Shown here: one piece after another, positions 28,787 through 37,928 of the stretch
Layout: each line of letters starts with the position of its first letter
How positions within the stretch are numbered: position 1 is the first letter of the stretch
Origin: Gemmatimonadota bacterium
GTDB lineage: Bacteria; Gemmatimonadota; Gemmatimonadetes; Gemmatimonadales; Gemmatimonadaceae
Assembly (NCBI GenBank): GCA_040389905.1
Contig: JAZJZK010000011.1
Location: forward strand, 1-64,000
Direction of reading: 5' to 3'
DNA: 64,000 nucleotides
Program-made: the position numbers and the translations under genes
Notes under the pieces: model-generated
The model's database searches: none
Seen by the model: the letters and a program-made list of their open reading frames with translations, nothing else
Told to the model about the DNA's origin: nothing

Positions 28787-30058
28787 ATGACAAGCGAACC
28801 GATTGACCCGTCGCGCCTCGCTGCCGCAAACGGCCCCGTGTGGCTGCACGTCGGCACGCTGATCGACGGCGCCAGTACGTCGGCGGCGCACGATGTTCAT
28901 GTCGTCTACAATGCATCGTCGGTCCTGTTTATCGGACGCGCGGGGCTTACGCCGCCACGCGCGCTGCTCCGCGAGGGTCAGTCAACGCCAGACGTCGTCG
29001 CGCCTGAGAGCACGCTGCTGCCAGGATTGACCGACGCGCACGTGCACCTCTTCCTCGACGGCGCAGAGCTCGACCTCGGACGGCGCGCTGAACAAGTGCG
29101 TCGCCCGCTCGCGGAGCTCTTGCCAGCAGCCACGAAACGTCTCGAAAAACTACTGGATAGCGGCGTGATCGCGGTCAGGGATGCCGGCGACAAGCAGGGC
29201 GTTGGGCTCGCGTTGAATCGTCTCTCCCGATCGGCGGCCGCCCCGATGCCGTATCTCGACAGTCCCGGTGCAGGGATTCACCGAAAGGGACGGTACGGCT
29301 CGTTCATGGGTGGTGCGCTCGACGACTTCGACTCGCCGGAGGCGTGCGTTGCATCGCGCATCGAGGCGGGTGCCGCTCGCATCAAGATCATCGCCACGGG
29401 GATCATCGACTTTCGTGCAGGGACCATCACGTCCGAGCCGCAGATGCGTACCGACGAACTCGCGCGGATCGTGGCTGCGGCGCGCGCTGCGGGGCTCCAG
29501 ACGCTGGCGCACGCCTCGGGCGACGCGGGCATCGAGCGCGTGATCGACGCCGGTGTGGACTCCGTCGAGCACGGCTACTTCGTCCGCGACGACCAGCTCG
29601 CACGAATGCGCGATTTGGGGATCGCGTGGGTGCCGACCTTTGCTCCGCTGCACCAGCAGATCGCGCATGCGGATGTGATGGGATGGGACTCCCGCACCGT
29701 CGACAACATCCGGCGGATTCTCGACGGCCATGCGGCGAGCTTGCGCCGCGCGCACGAGTTGGGGGTGATCATCGTAGCCGGGAGCGATGCCGGATCATTC
29801 GGCGTGGCGCACGGCTCGGGGCTGCATCTGGAGCTTGAACTCATGGTGGCGGCTGGGCTTCCAGATCTGGCCGTGATCAACTCTGCCACCGGAGCGGGAG
29901 CGGCGCGATTCGAGTACCGGGAGCGGTTTGGACTGATCGCCGAAGGCTACCGACCACGGTTCATCCTTTCGCACGGTTCGGGTACCACCGTTCCAGAGAC
30001 GGGGACGCCTCTTTTCGACGGCCAGGTGCGGGGCCTGGGCTCGCAGGCATCCAACTAG
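28787..30058 (+). CDS. Metal-dependent amidohydrolase
   Basis: DAHVHL, AHA, EHG, GSDAG. Confidence 0.88.
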   Translation: MTSEPIDPSRLAAANGPVWLHVGTLIDGASTSAAHDVHVVYNASSVLFIGRAGLTPPRALLREGQSTPDVVAPESTLLPGLTDAHVHLFLDGAELDLGRRAEQVRRPLAELLPAATKRLEKLLDSGVIAVRDAGDKQGVGLALNRLSRSAAAPMPYLDSPGAGIHRKGRYGSFMGGALDDFDSPEACVASRIEAGAARIKIIATGIIDFRAGTITSEPQMRTDELARIVAAARAAGLQTLAHASGDAGIERVIDAGVDSVEHGYFVRDDQLARMRDLGIAWVPTFAPLHQQIAHADVMGWDSRTVDNIRRILDGHAASLRRAHELGVIIVAGSDAGSFGVAHGSGLHLELELMVAAGLPDLAVINSATGAGAARFEYRERFGLIAEGYRPRFILSHGSGTTVPETGTPLFDGQVRGLGSQASN

Positions 30059-30070
30059 GGATGGGGGAGC

Positions 30071-30380
30071 GGGCTCGGGCCCGGGCCAACCGCAGGCTTG
30101 GGCGCGGGCTTGGGCCAGGGCTGGGGCTTGGGCTGACCTTCAGGCGGGGGCAGGGGCTTGGGCCGCGGGCCGGGGCCTGTCCCGACCATGACGGGCGAGC
30201 CCTCTCCCCGGCCCCCTCCCGAGCCCCGAGCCTGCGGGCAAGCCCGGGCTCGGGCCCTAGCCCCGGCCCGCGGCCAAGCCCGCGGTTGGCCCGGGCCCGA
30301 GCCCCAGCCCGCGGTTGGCCCGGGCCCGAGCCCCGGCCCGCGGCCAAGCCCGCGGTTGGCCCGGGCCCGAGCCCCAGCCC
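30071..30380. repeat. Very GC-rich direct/inverted repeat tract
   Basis: 52-bp direct repeat (30259-30310, 30329-30380); GGGCTCGGGCCCGGGCCAACCGC at 30071 is the inverse of the internal unit. Confidence 0.8.
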
Positions 30381-30484
30381 CATCGTGACCCAGCGGTCGG
30401 TTTTCAGTGGCGGCCGGCGTCCCTTAACATGTGCGCGAACTGTTCGTCTGGTATGTTGGATCCTTATTCCCTTGGAGATCACCA

Positions 30485-30793
30485 ATGAAAGTTCTGACCG
30501 TAGCCGCACTCGCGCTCGTGATGTCGGCCAGCGTCGCGCAGGCGCAGGCAAGGACCCGTCCAGCCGCTGGCGAAGGCCGCAAGGCTCCCACGGAAGAGCA
30601 GCGCGCCGCCCGCAAGGCCAAAGCTGAGGCGGCGACGCCCGCGCAGCGCGAGGCGGCGAAGGAGGCGATGAAGGCCTATCAGGAAGAGCGGAAGGCGTTG
30701 ATGGAGCAGGTGAAGGCCGGAAAGATCGACAGGAAGACTGCCGCCGAGCAGCTCAAGGCGTGGCGCGAAGCGCACAAGCCGGCGAAGCCCTGA
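30485..30793 (+). CDS. Small secreted helical protein
   Basis: GGAG RBS, signal peptide ending AQA, Ala/Lys/Glu-rich. Confidence 0.75.
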   Translation: MKVLTVAALALVMSASVAQAQARTRPAAGEGRKAPTEEQRAARKAKAEAATPAQREAAKEAMKAYQEERKALMEQVKAGKIDRKTAAEQLKAWREAHKPAKP

Positions 30794-31965
30794 TCGCGCG
30801 TCCGTTCCGCGTGGTGGGTGGCAGTGCAGGCGCCGTAGCGATTCTCGCTGCGGCGCTCTGCGCGTTCCCCGCCGGCGCGCAGGGCAGAGTCACGCTCACC
30901 GGCACCAACCGGTCGTACAGCGTCGGCGATTCCACGGTCTCCGAAAACGTCGCGAATGCTCGCCTTGAGCTCTTCGGGCCCCGCATTCGCTTTCGTCTCG
31001 ATGGGTCGGCGCTTCGCTTCACGGCACCGACCGACAGTATCAAAGGGAACCTGCCGCTCAGCGCTCACCTCTCGTTCGCTCGCCGTCCCGGAGACACCGT
31101 CGCCGTCTTTGCGCGGTCGTCCAGCATCCCTCTGGACCTGTCTACGCGGCAGACCAGCGCCTTGTCCATCGCCGGAGCGTCGACGATCGACCTCGAGAGT
31201 TCAGGATTCGGTACGCCGGCCGTTGGCGGAACGCGCGCGACGTTCGCCTTTCCCGTGGGGGACGCGATTCTCGCCGCCCGTGGAGGGTTCGAGTACGAAC
31301 CGCGTCCGGCGGGAACCCAGCCAGTGTACTGGCGCGGCTCGACCATCCGTGGCGGTGTGGCCCTGACCAATACCCTCGGCGAGGGCTCGTGGACCGCGTC
31401 GCTCGACGTCAGCCGCAGCACCGGCGACTCACTCGGTGGCCGCAACCTGTTTCCGGGCGGTGGCAACGCGTCCGCGCAGGTCATCCTCGATGCGTCCGTC
31501 CTGAATCCATTCGATCCGCTCGAAGACGAGCAGTGGCCGTTCCGTGCAGTCGCGTTCTATGTGCGGCCGTTCGGCAATGACCGTGCGGATCAGCCGAACC
31601 TCATCATCCCACAGGGCGACCTCTTTGGCGCGATCACCACGATGCTCATTCCGGTGAACGAGCTTTCGCTTGCCCCGTCGCTTCAGTTGCTCAGGGAATC
31701 GAGCCGCAGCAGCTACACGTCGGGTCTCCTCGTCAACGAAGTGACGGGGAGTTCCTGGACCATGCAGGCCGGGCTCGATCTTTCGATCCCAATCGGGAAT
31801 GTGTTCGAACTGACGCCGCAGCTCGGCTACACGTTCGGCACCGTGTCGTCGGCGTCATCGCAGGCGGCAGCGGTGCGGCGCGGGCGGGGCATCGTGCGCA
31901 CGAGCGGTTTCAGCGACGCGATTCGCGGACGATGGTTCTCGATCCAGTTGTCGGCGTCGATGTAG
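30760..31965 (+). CDS. Hypothetical exported protein, possibly an outer-membrane beta-barrel
   Basis: Signal-like N-terminus, alternating beta-strand pattern; start uncertain. Confidence 0.6.
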   Translation: MARSAQAGEALIARPFRVVGGSAGAVAILAAALCAFPAGAQGRVTLTGTNRSYSVGDSTVSENVANARLELFGPRIRFRLDGSALRFTAPTDSIKGNLPLSAHLSFARRPGDTVAVFARSSSIPLDLSTRQTSALSIAGASTIDLESSGFGTPAVGGTRATFAFPVGDAILAARGGFEYEPRPAGTQPVYWRGSTIRGGVALTNTLGEGSWTASLDVSRSTGDSLGGRNLFPGGGNASAQVILDASVLNPFDPLEDEQWPFRAVAFYVRPFGNDRADQPNLIIPQGDLFGAITTMLIPVNELSLAPSLQLLRESSRSSYTSGLLVNEVTGSSWTMQAGLDLSIPIGNVFELTPQLGYTFGTVSSASSQAAAVRRGRGIVRTSGFSDAIRGRWFSIQLSASM

Positions 31966-32542
31966 GTCGGGGATCGACTGCGTTAGAGCTGCGTTGTTCG
32001 TAGGGATTTGCGGATTTGAACTGAGATACCTCGGATATCCACGGATCGATCCCAGACGCAGCAAATTGGTGTCTCGGCGGGATGCTCCTCCACCGTTTGG
32101 ACGACCTGCGGAATACCCGTCGTGCGCAGCACTGAAATATCCCTGTCAATCAGTCAAATCCGTCAAATCTGCTTCATGGAACACGCTCGACGCAGTTTTC
32201 CGACGCAGTTGCAGACGCACGCGACGATCCACAAAACAAACAGGGCCGCCCCGAAGGACGACCCTGTTTTGCCGCACTTGGTGTGAGCGCGAAGGCTCAA
32301 CGACCGTGGCGTCTGGCGTGATGTAAGGCAAAGTCGGTGCCATAGCCGCCGAGCGTCAGATTGTCGCGGCGATTCCGACGCGACTGGACCGCTCACCCGA
32401 GTATTCGGTCCCTCTGCCCGAGCAGGCCGTACAATCGCCCGAACGCATCGGTCCGATCCCAACCGCAGAATGAGGTGTTCCACGCAATCCGCGGCATTCG
32501 TAGCGGAGTACCGTCGCCGCCACACGCGATAAATTGCGGGAC

Positions 32543-33358
32543 ATGACATCACCATCGCTCGACCTCACGGGCCGAATCGCTGTTGTGAGCGGCGGCTACG
32601 GCGTCCTTGGCTCGTCTCTCGCCTCCGGCCTCGCGGCAGCCGGCGCCCGCGTCGCCATTCTCGGCCGCCGCCGCGAGGCGGCCGAGGAGAAAGCGGAGGA
32701 AATACGCGCGACGGGCGCGGAGGCGGTCGTACTCGTCGCCGATGTCCTCGACGACGCGGGGCTGCGCGTCGCACGCGATGAGCTCCTCGCCACATGGGGG
32801 CGCGTCGACATCCTGATCAATGCGGCGGGCGGCAACGTCATGCGCGCGCGCAACGACAACAGCAGCATCTTCGACGTTCCCCTCGACGCGTTCGACGAAG
32901 TGCTTCGCCTGAACCTTCATGGCACCACGATTCCGTCGCTCGTCTTCGCCGAGGCGATGGCGCAGCAGCGCTCGGGGTGCCTGGTGAACATTTCATCGAT
33001 GGCGGCCAGCCGAGTACTGAGCGGCGTGCTGGGGTACTCCATCGCCAAGACGGGCATTGATAGCTTCACCCGGTGGATGTCGGTCGAGCTGGCGCGAAAG
33101 CATGGCGATGGCCTGCGCGTGAACGCGATCGTCCCCGGCTTCTTCGTCTCGACGCAGAACAGAAAGGTGCTCATCAACGACGACGGGTCATACACCGAAC
33201 GAGCGGTCAACATCATTGCGCATACGCCCATGGGGCGTTTTGGCCGGCCGGAGGAACTGATCGGCGCGGTGCAGTGGTTGTGTAGCGACGCGGCGTCGTT
33301 CGTGACAGGCGCGGTCATACCGGTAGACGGCGGGTACAGCCTGTTCAGTGGGGTCTAG
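32543..33358 (+). CDS. SDR-family oxidoreductase (D-mannonate oxidoreductase-like)
   Basis: SGGYGVLG, NAAGGN, YSIAK, VNAIVPGFF, TPMGRFG. Confidence 0.9.
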   Translation: MTSPSLDLTGRIAVVSGGYGVLGSSLASGLAAAGARVAILGRRREAAEEKAEEIRATGAEAVVLVADVLDDAGLRVARDELLATWGRVDILINAAGGNVMRARNDNSSIFDVPLDAFDEVLRLNLHGTTIPSLVFAEAMAQQRSGCLVNISSMAASRVLSGVLGYSIAKTGIDSFTRWMSVELARKHGDGLRVNAIVPGFFVSTQNRKVLINDDGSYTERAVNIIAHTPMGRFGRPEELIGAVQWLCSDAASFVTGAVIPVDGGYSLFSGV

Positions 33359-33360
33359 CG

Positions 33361-34815
33361 CTAGCGAGCGGGCTGTTTGACCGTCATCCCGGCGCGACCA
33401 GCCGCTTCCGCGCGGACCACCATGCCATCGCGCGTCACGAACACGCTACGCACCGCGACAGAGTCTACCGTTCCGGAGAGCGTCACCGCATCACCGATCT
33501 TGCGGTTGAGCCCTTCGAGCAACAGCGCGCGACCCTTCGAGAGCGCGCCCGCGGTGGAAATCCGCGCGCGGTTCCGAAGCTCGTCGCGGAGGCCGGAGGA
33601 CTTGAGCCATGAGTAGGTCTGAACGAGCTTGCTGTCAGTGCGCACATCGAAATCGAGGTCCGGTACGGTGATGATGTAGCGCACATGATCGATGCGGGGA
33701 GTACCGAGAAACTGGACCGTGCCGTTCGCGTCTCCCGTGAAGCTCACGGACAGCGCGAGGCGTCCCTTCGCCTGCGGGATTACCGAGACACTCTTGAGGG
33801 TGATCGAATGTCCGGACGCAGAAATCGATTTCGCCGACAGGGCGCTCGTCAGTTCGCGTGAAGCAGTGCCGTAATCGATCAGCCCATCCATGACGACCCG
33901 AAATCCATTCGACGTCGTGTCGCGTCCCAACGGCGGCAACTTGGCGGCGACGACCTCGGGCTCGGAGGTTCCGGTGACGATGCGCGGCCGCGCGTCGAGA
34001 CTCACGGGCACGACGAGAATCTTGCTGCGGCCACCGACGCGGCCCACGCGCAGGCGTTCGGGGCCGAGAATGAGCCAGACGGCATCGGCGAGCCTGATCG
34101 GCCGACTGAGAAGGCCCCACCATTCAGTCACGCGTTCCGTGAGATCGACGCCGGCAATCTTCCTATCGATGCCTGGCAACTGACTGGTGAGCCCTGCGCG
34201 CGCCGCTTCCACCACCTGCGCCGTGACGTCCTTCCTGAGGAAACTGACGTCGCAATGATCACGCTGTTCGGACGACGCGGGTTCCAGGCGCACCACATGT
34301 GCCTTGGACGCGAGATGCCAGTTTGGCGTCAATGTGATCGGTGTCGCCAACTCGACAACCAGGCGCGGTTGCTCGCTGCCGAAGCCACAGCCGGCACTGA
34401 TCGTCGGCGCGAGGGGAGGTTTGTAATAGCCGCGCGCCTTGTACGAAATCGTCGCGCGCAGGTGCAAGTGGTTCTCGTCGGCGAAGGCGCTAAAGGGGCC
34501 GCGCACCGCCTCGAACGCGTAGTGCTTCCGTTGGTCATCGCCAATGACGCGCGCGCTGTCCATGGAGCCGAACGTCCGTGGCACGATCTGCTCGACGAGT
34601 TTAAGAACCGCCGAGAAGTCGTACTCGAGTGGGACGCTGAAGCGCGAGACAGCCGCGGGGGCCGGCATCGGCGCAGCGACATCCGGCGGTTCCGGCAACG
34701 TCGCAGGCGCCTCGCGCGAACACGCCGAGAGCATAACGAACACCGCCGCCCGGGGCACGACCGACATCCTCCACGTCATGACGAGGAATCTACCCGCGAT
34801 TCCCGCTTTCGACAT
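33361..34815 (-). CDS. DUF4403-like lipoprotein
   Basis: LSAC lipobox; SRFSVP...; the start may be about 36-45 nt downstream. Confidence 0.65.
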   Translation of the reverse strand: MSKAGIAGRFLVMTWRMSVVPRAAVFVMLSACSREAPATLPEPPDVAAPMPAPAAVSRFSVPLEYDFSAVLKLVEQIVPRTFGSMDSARVIGDDQRKHYAFEAVRGPFSAFADENHLHLRATISYKARGYYKPPLAPTISAGCGFGSEQPRLVVELATPITLTPNWHLASKAHVVRLEPASSEQRDHCDVSFLRKDVTAQVVEAARAGLTSQLPGIDRKIAGVDLTERVTEWWGLLSRPIRLADAVWLILGPERLRVGRVGGRSKILVVPVSLDARPRIVTGTSEPEVVAAKLPPLGRDTTSNGFRVVMDGLIDYGTASRELTSALSAKSISASGHSITLKSVSVIPQAKGRLALSVSFTGDANGTVQFLGTPRIDHVRYIITVPDLDFDVRTDSKLVQTYSWLKSSGLRDELRNRARISTAGALSKGRALLLEGLNRKIGDAVTLSGTVDSVAVRSVFVTRDGMVVRAEAAGRAGMTVKQPAR

Positions 34816-34909
34816 GTAGGGTGGTTCGCAGGTCGTGTGTCTCAGTTACTGGAACCTACGGCGGCGACCGTTTCGCCGAACCGGGCTCCTGTGTGGGGAA
34901 GGAACAGAG

Positions 34910-34948
34910 TCGGGCATACACATTCCGGTGGGGTGTGTGTATGCCCGA
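34910..34948. other. 13-bp perfect hairpin at the island boundary
   Basis: TCGGGCATACACA / TGTGTATGCCCGA. Confidence 0.75.
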
Positions 34949-34996
34949 TTCTCGTTTTCGAAACTGAGTTGTAAGGTGTTGAACACCATCGCCTTA

Positions 34997-35052
34997 GCGA
35001 ACGGGCATTTCCGAAGCATGGTCCACACTGTCCGTTCCTACTGTCCGTTCGC
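34997..35052. repeat. Putative integrase arm-type sites
   Basis: ACTGTCCGTTC twice (35027-35037, 35040-35050) and an inverted near-copy GCGAACGGGCA (34997-35007). Confidence 0.55.
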
Positions 35053-35060
35053 GGCTGGTT

Positions 35061-36227
35061 CTACCGTCGACGAGTTGAAAATGCCTCTCGCATAGTCTCG
35101 CGGTCGGGCTGCTGATAACTCTCCACAAGAGTTCGTTCGTTCTTCCACCCGCCGTAGTACGCGAGGTCCTTCAGCGGCATATGCCTGAAGTCATTGGAGA
35201 GTTTCCTACGGAGCGAATGCAGTCCCATGCCCTTTTCCCTCCGCAGGCCCGCAAGCAACTCGGCCTTCTTCCACCATTTGATAAGGGTCCCACGACTCAG
35301 GGGGCGCTTACCATCGCGCGGACTTGGGAAGAGCCATTCAGAGGTTGTGGCTGAGTCAGTACTCCGCATGAGCTTAAGAACGCACATGCCCTCTGGAGTT
35401 ACGGGTGTTGTATGCTCGAACCGCACCTTATCGAACTCCGGAACCCACGTGATTGTGTTGGCGGCGAAGTCAACATCACGAAGCTTTAGATGTCGAAGTG
35501 AATGCGTTCGGTGACCGGTTTCGTGTGCGAGTACTAGAAACGCAGCGAACGACGGATGCACCTTTTCTGCCACTGCGAGGAGAGCCTCGTAGTCTTCGGT
35601 GCTGGCGATAGGCCGACGAGGAGTCGGCTTTGGCAACTTGAATTCAAGAAGAGGATTTCGTGTGAGCAATCTGCCGCGCTTTCCATTGCCGGTCGCCATT
35701 GCCCAATTGAACACTGCGCGGAGAACCCGCAGTTCGCAGTGAATTGTCGCGTCCTCAACAGCGCCCTTCTGCTCTCCAACCAACAATCGACCTGTACTTC
35801 GCCCACTCACGAAGTCATCGAAGTCTCTCTTCTCCAAGTCGAGCGGCTTTCGCCCAAGCCCGAACGACTTCCTGAAAAGCAACACGCAACGCGCGACTTC
35901 CTTTCTCCGTGCATCAGTCATCCTGCTGTTGTTCGATGCGTACTGGAGATACATGTCAAACAGCTTGTCCAGGCTCAGTTCTTCAGTCTGGATCTCATTC
36001 TTGCGGAGCGCGACAGCCATCTCCGCCGCTTGATCCGCCGCCTTCTCGCGGTCGGCATGACGCAGACTTGTCCGGCGCTTTGTGCCTCCGCCAGCTTCGT
36101 CCAGCTCTTGGTACTCGAGCAAAATGTGCCCCGACTTCTTGTCGAGATACGCTCGGACCCTGTTGCGTCCCTTCAGTCCGGCGTAGCAACTCCAAGCCTT
36201 CTTTCGTTTCTTGGCCATCGTCGTCAA
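35061..36227 (-). CDS. Tyrosine recombinase / phage-type integrase
   Basis: TGHR, K, HSLRR, GW, SY catalytic pattern; LRAVFNWA core-binding region. Confidence 0.92.
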   Translation of the reverse strand: MTTMAKKRKKAWSCYAGLKGRNRVRAYLDKKSGHILLEYQELDEAGGGTKRRTSLRHADREKAADQAAEMAVALRKNEIQTEELSLDKLFDMYLQYASNNSRMTDARRKEVARCVLLFRKSFGLGRKPLDLEKRDFDDFVSGRSTGRLLVGEQKGAVEDATIHCELRVLRAVFNWAMATGNGKRGRLLTRNPLLEFKLPKPTPRRPIASTEDYEALLAVAEKVHPSFAAFLVLAHETGHRTHSLRHLKLRDVDFAANTITWVPEFDKVRFEHTTPVTPEGMCVLKLMRSTDSATTSEWLFPSPRDGKRPLSRGTLIKWWKKAELLAGLRREKGMGLHSLRRKLSNDFRHMPLKDLAYYGGWKNERTLVESYQQPDRETMREAFSTRRR

Positions 36228-36571
36228 GCTCCGGCGATGGACCGCGCGATCTGCGATGCGGTACGTCCCGCAATCTGCTGAGCGCGTGGCTTCTGTGGAA
36301 GATCCCGCCGGCGGATACCGGGGCTGTGTTTACGTCCAGCATTCGGGATGCTCCCGCTTGCGACAAGCCGGGAGAGATGAGCCGCTGAGAATCCGGATTC
36401 CTCTGCAGCTGCTGCGACGGAGAGCACCGTCTCACGCTGAGTCGCGAAGGCTGCCTCGAGTTCGTCAGCCACAATGTGTAGGATGCGGGCGCCCCTGTCG
36501 TCCGCGAGGCGGTGACGCGCATTCTCTGCGGTCTCACGCCATTTGTTGGGGAGGTCGGTCGGAGTGTTCAT
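36224..36571 (-). CDS. Excisionase-like HTH protein
   Basis: LSVAAAAEESGFSAAHLSRLVASGSIP; stop overlaps the integrase start. Confidence 0.75.
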   Translation of the reverse strand: MNTPTDLPNKWRETAENARHRLADDRGARILHIVADELEAAFATQRETVLSVAAAAEESGFSAAHLSRLVASGSIPNAGRKHSPGIRRRDLPQKPRAQQIAGRTASQIARSIAGA

Positions 36572-36900
36572 ACTAGACAGCCACCGCGCGCAGCCGAACC
36601 TTACAGGCGAGAATTGCCTTGGTCTCTCCGACCAAGCCCCTGAGGCGATCTCATCAGGGCTCAGGCGTCGATCTACGACGCGGGTGCAGACACAAAACGC
36701 CAGTTGCGACATGAGCACGCATCCCAACGGGGTCAAGCATGCCTCTCTGCTCAGAGGTGAATAAATGCGAGAGCCCAGCCAGCCGGTTCCGGCTAGCGTA
36801 GACGTCGCTCGCTTCGCCGTGAATTGCTGACCGCCGTGCTCAGACCATCAAGGTTCCGAGGCATGCGGAGACGTGCGCATCCACTGTCGGCCAGCGGACG

Positions 36901-37731
36901 CTACCGCGAATGACGAGCGGCGATGTCGTCGGAGACCTTGCGCATCGCTCCAATAGCGACGTGCGCATCTCCGCGTGAAGCCTCCGTTCCGAGCCGGAGC
37001 ACCCGGCCGGGGTGGATGAGATTGCGAAAATTGCCCGCGAGGAGGGACGCGTCCCTGGTGCCCTTCGTGATCTCCATGAGATGGAAGGCCATCGCGACAT
37101 ACTCGCGGATATGCCATTCGTCGGGCGCCTTGGAGCGCACGGACTGACTGAATGGAACAGACTGACTGGACGCCGCGAGTTCCCAGGCCTTGGCAGCCGC
37201 CTCCACATCAGCGGCGGATCGTTGCGTGATCGCCCACAGCAAAAGAGCCTCGATCACCGCGCCGGCAAGCACCGTTGCAGCCTTCCACTCACCATTGCCA
37301 AGGGCTCGGTCAGCGTTGCTCATGTCGGTGCGAATCGAGTGTCGAATTCGCGCGTCAGCTATGAAGGGGAGTTCCGACTCGGCAGTAGCGGGCGCCTCAT
37401 CCGGGAGTTCACAGAGAATATCGTGCACGACTGCTAGGGGATGGCCAGACACCGCTGATAAGTTCCCCAGCTTCGGTAGCTGGGAGAGAGTGCCGCTGTT
37501 GCTGGTCCAGTGTTGCGCCGCGATGCGTACCGCCGCCACGGCTGTGGCGAACCGTGTGCGCTCGGCGCCCAGAGGCAAGAGTTCGTCGGGAATGCCGTCA
37601 ACTGCGGCTACAATCGCACCGACCATCACGAGGCTCGCGCTCGGTACGTCCTGACTTCCGTCACGATTGGCGGCCCACGGAAACGCGTCCGCGATCATCT
37701 TCGCGGCATCTCTCGGAAGTACTCGAAGCAT
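36901..37731 (-). CDS. Hypothetical protein with a C-terminal HEPN-like domain
   Basis: AGAVIEALL and FRNLIHP (RxxxH-type HEPN-like motif). Confidence 0.65.
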   Translation of the reverse strand: MLRVLPRDAAKMIADAFPWAANRDGSQDVPSASLVMVGAIVAAVDGIPDELLPLGAERTRFATAVAAVRIAAQHWTSNSGTLSQLPKLGNLSAVSGHPLAVVHDILCELPDEAPATAESELPFIADARIRHSIRTDMSNADRALGNGEWKAATVLAGAVIEALLLWAITQRSAADVEAAAKAWELAASSQSVPFSQSVRSKAPDEWHIREYVAMAFHLMEITKGTRDASLLAGNFRNLIHPGRVLRLGTEASRGDAHVAIGAMRKVSDDIAARHSR

Positions 37732-37928
37732 GGCTCGGTTGCGCTAAGTTCAGATACAAACCGTGTGTCCGGACCACCCCTGTGGGCTCGTTCGGCGCTG
37801 CCCGCCCTGCGAGCGCCTGTCGCGCGCACAGGAGTACTGCGGCGACAGTGAAGGTGTTCAACAGAGTGACGACTAAATCCCGCGTCCACCGCTCCTGGCA
37901 GACGCGAGCCACTTCCGTCGCCGATACC

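Noticed and set aside
30061..30627. Pro/Gly/Arg-rich ORFs on both strands
   Set aside because: Translations of the GC-rich repeat tract
34816..35060. tRNA, tmRNA or SRP RNA at the integrase end
   Set aside because: No T-loop/CCA end or SRP consensus recognisable by eye
37851..37863. AAGGTGTTCAACA matching AAGGTGTTGAACA at 34973-34985 as an att pair
   Set aside because: Only 12/13 bp, and it would excise an element lacking its primase; could be chance
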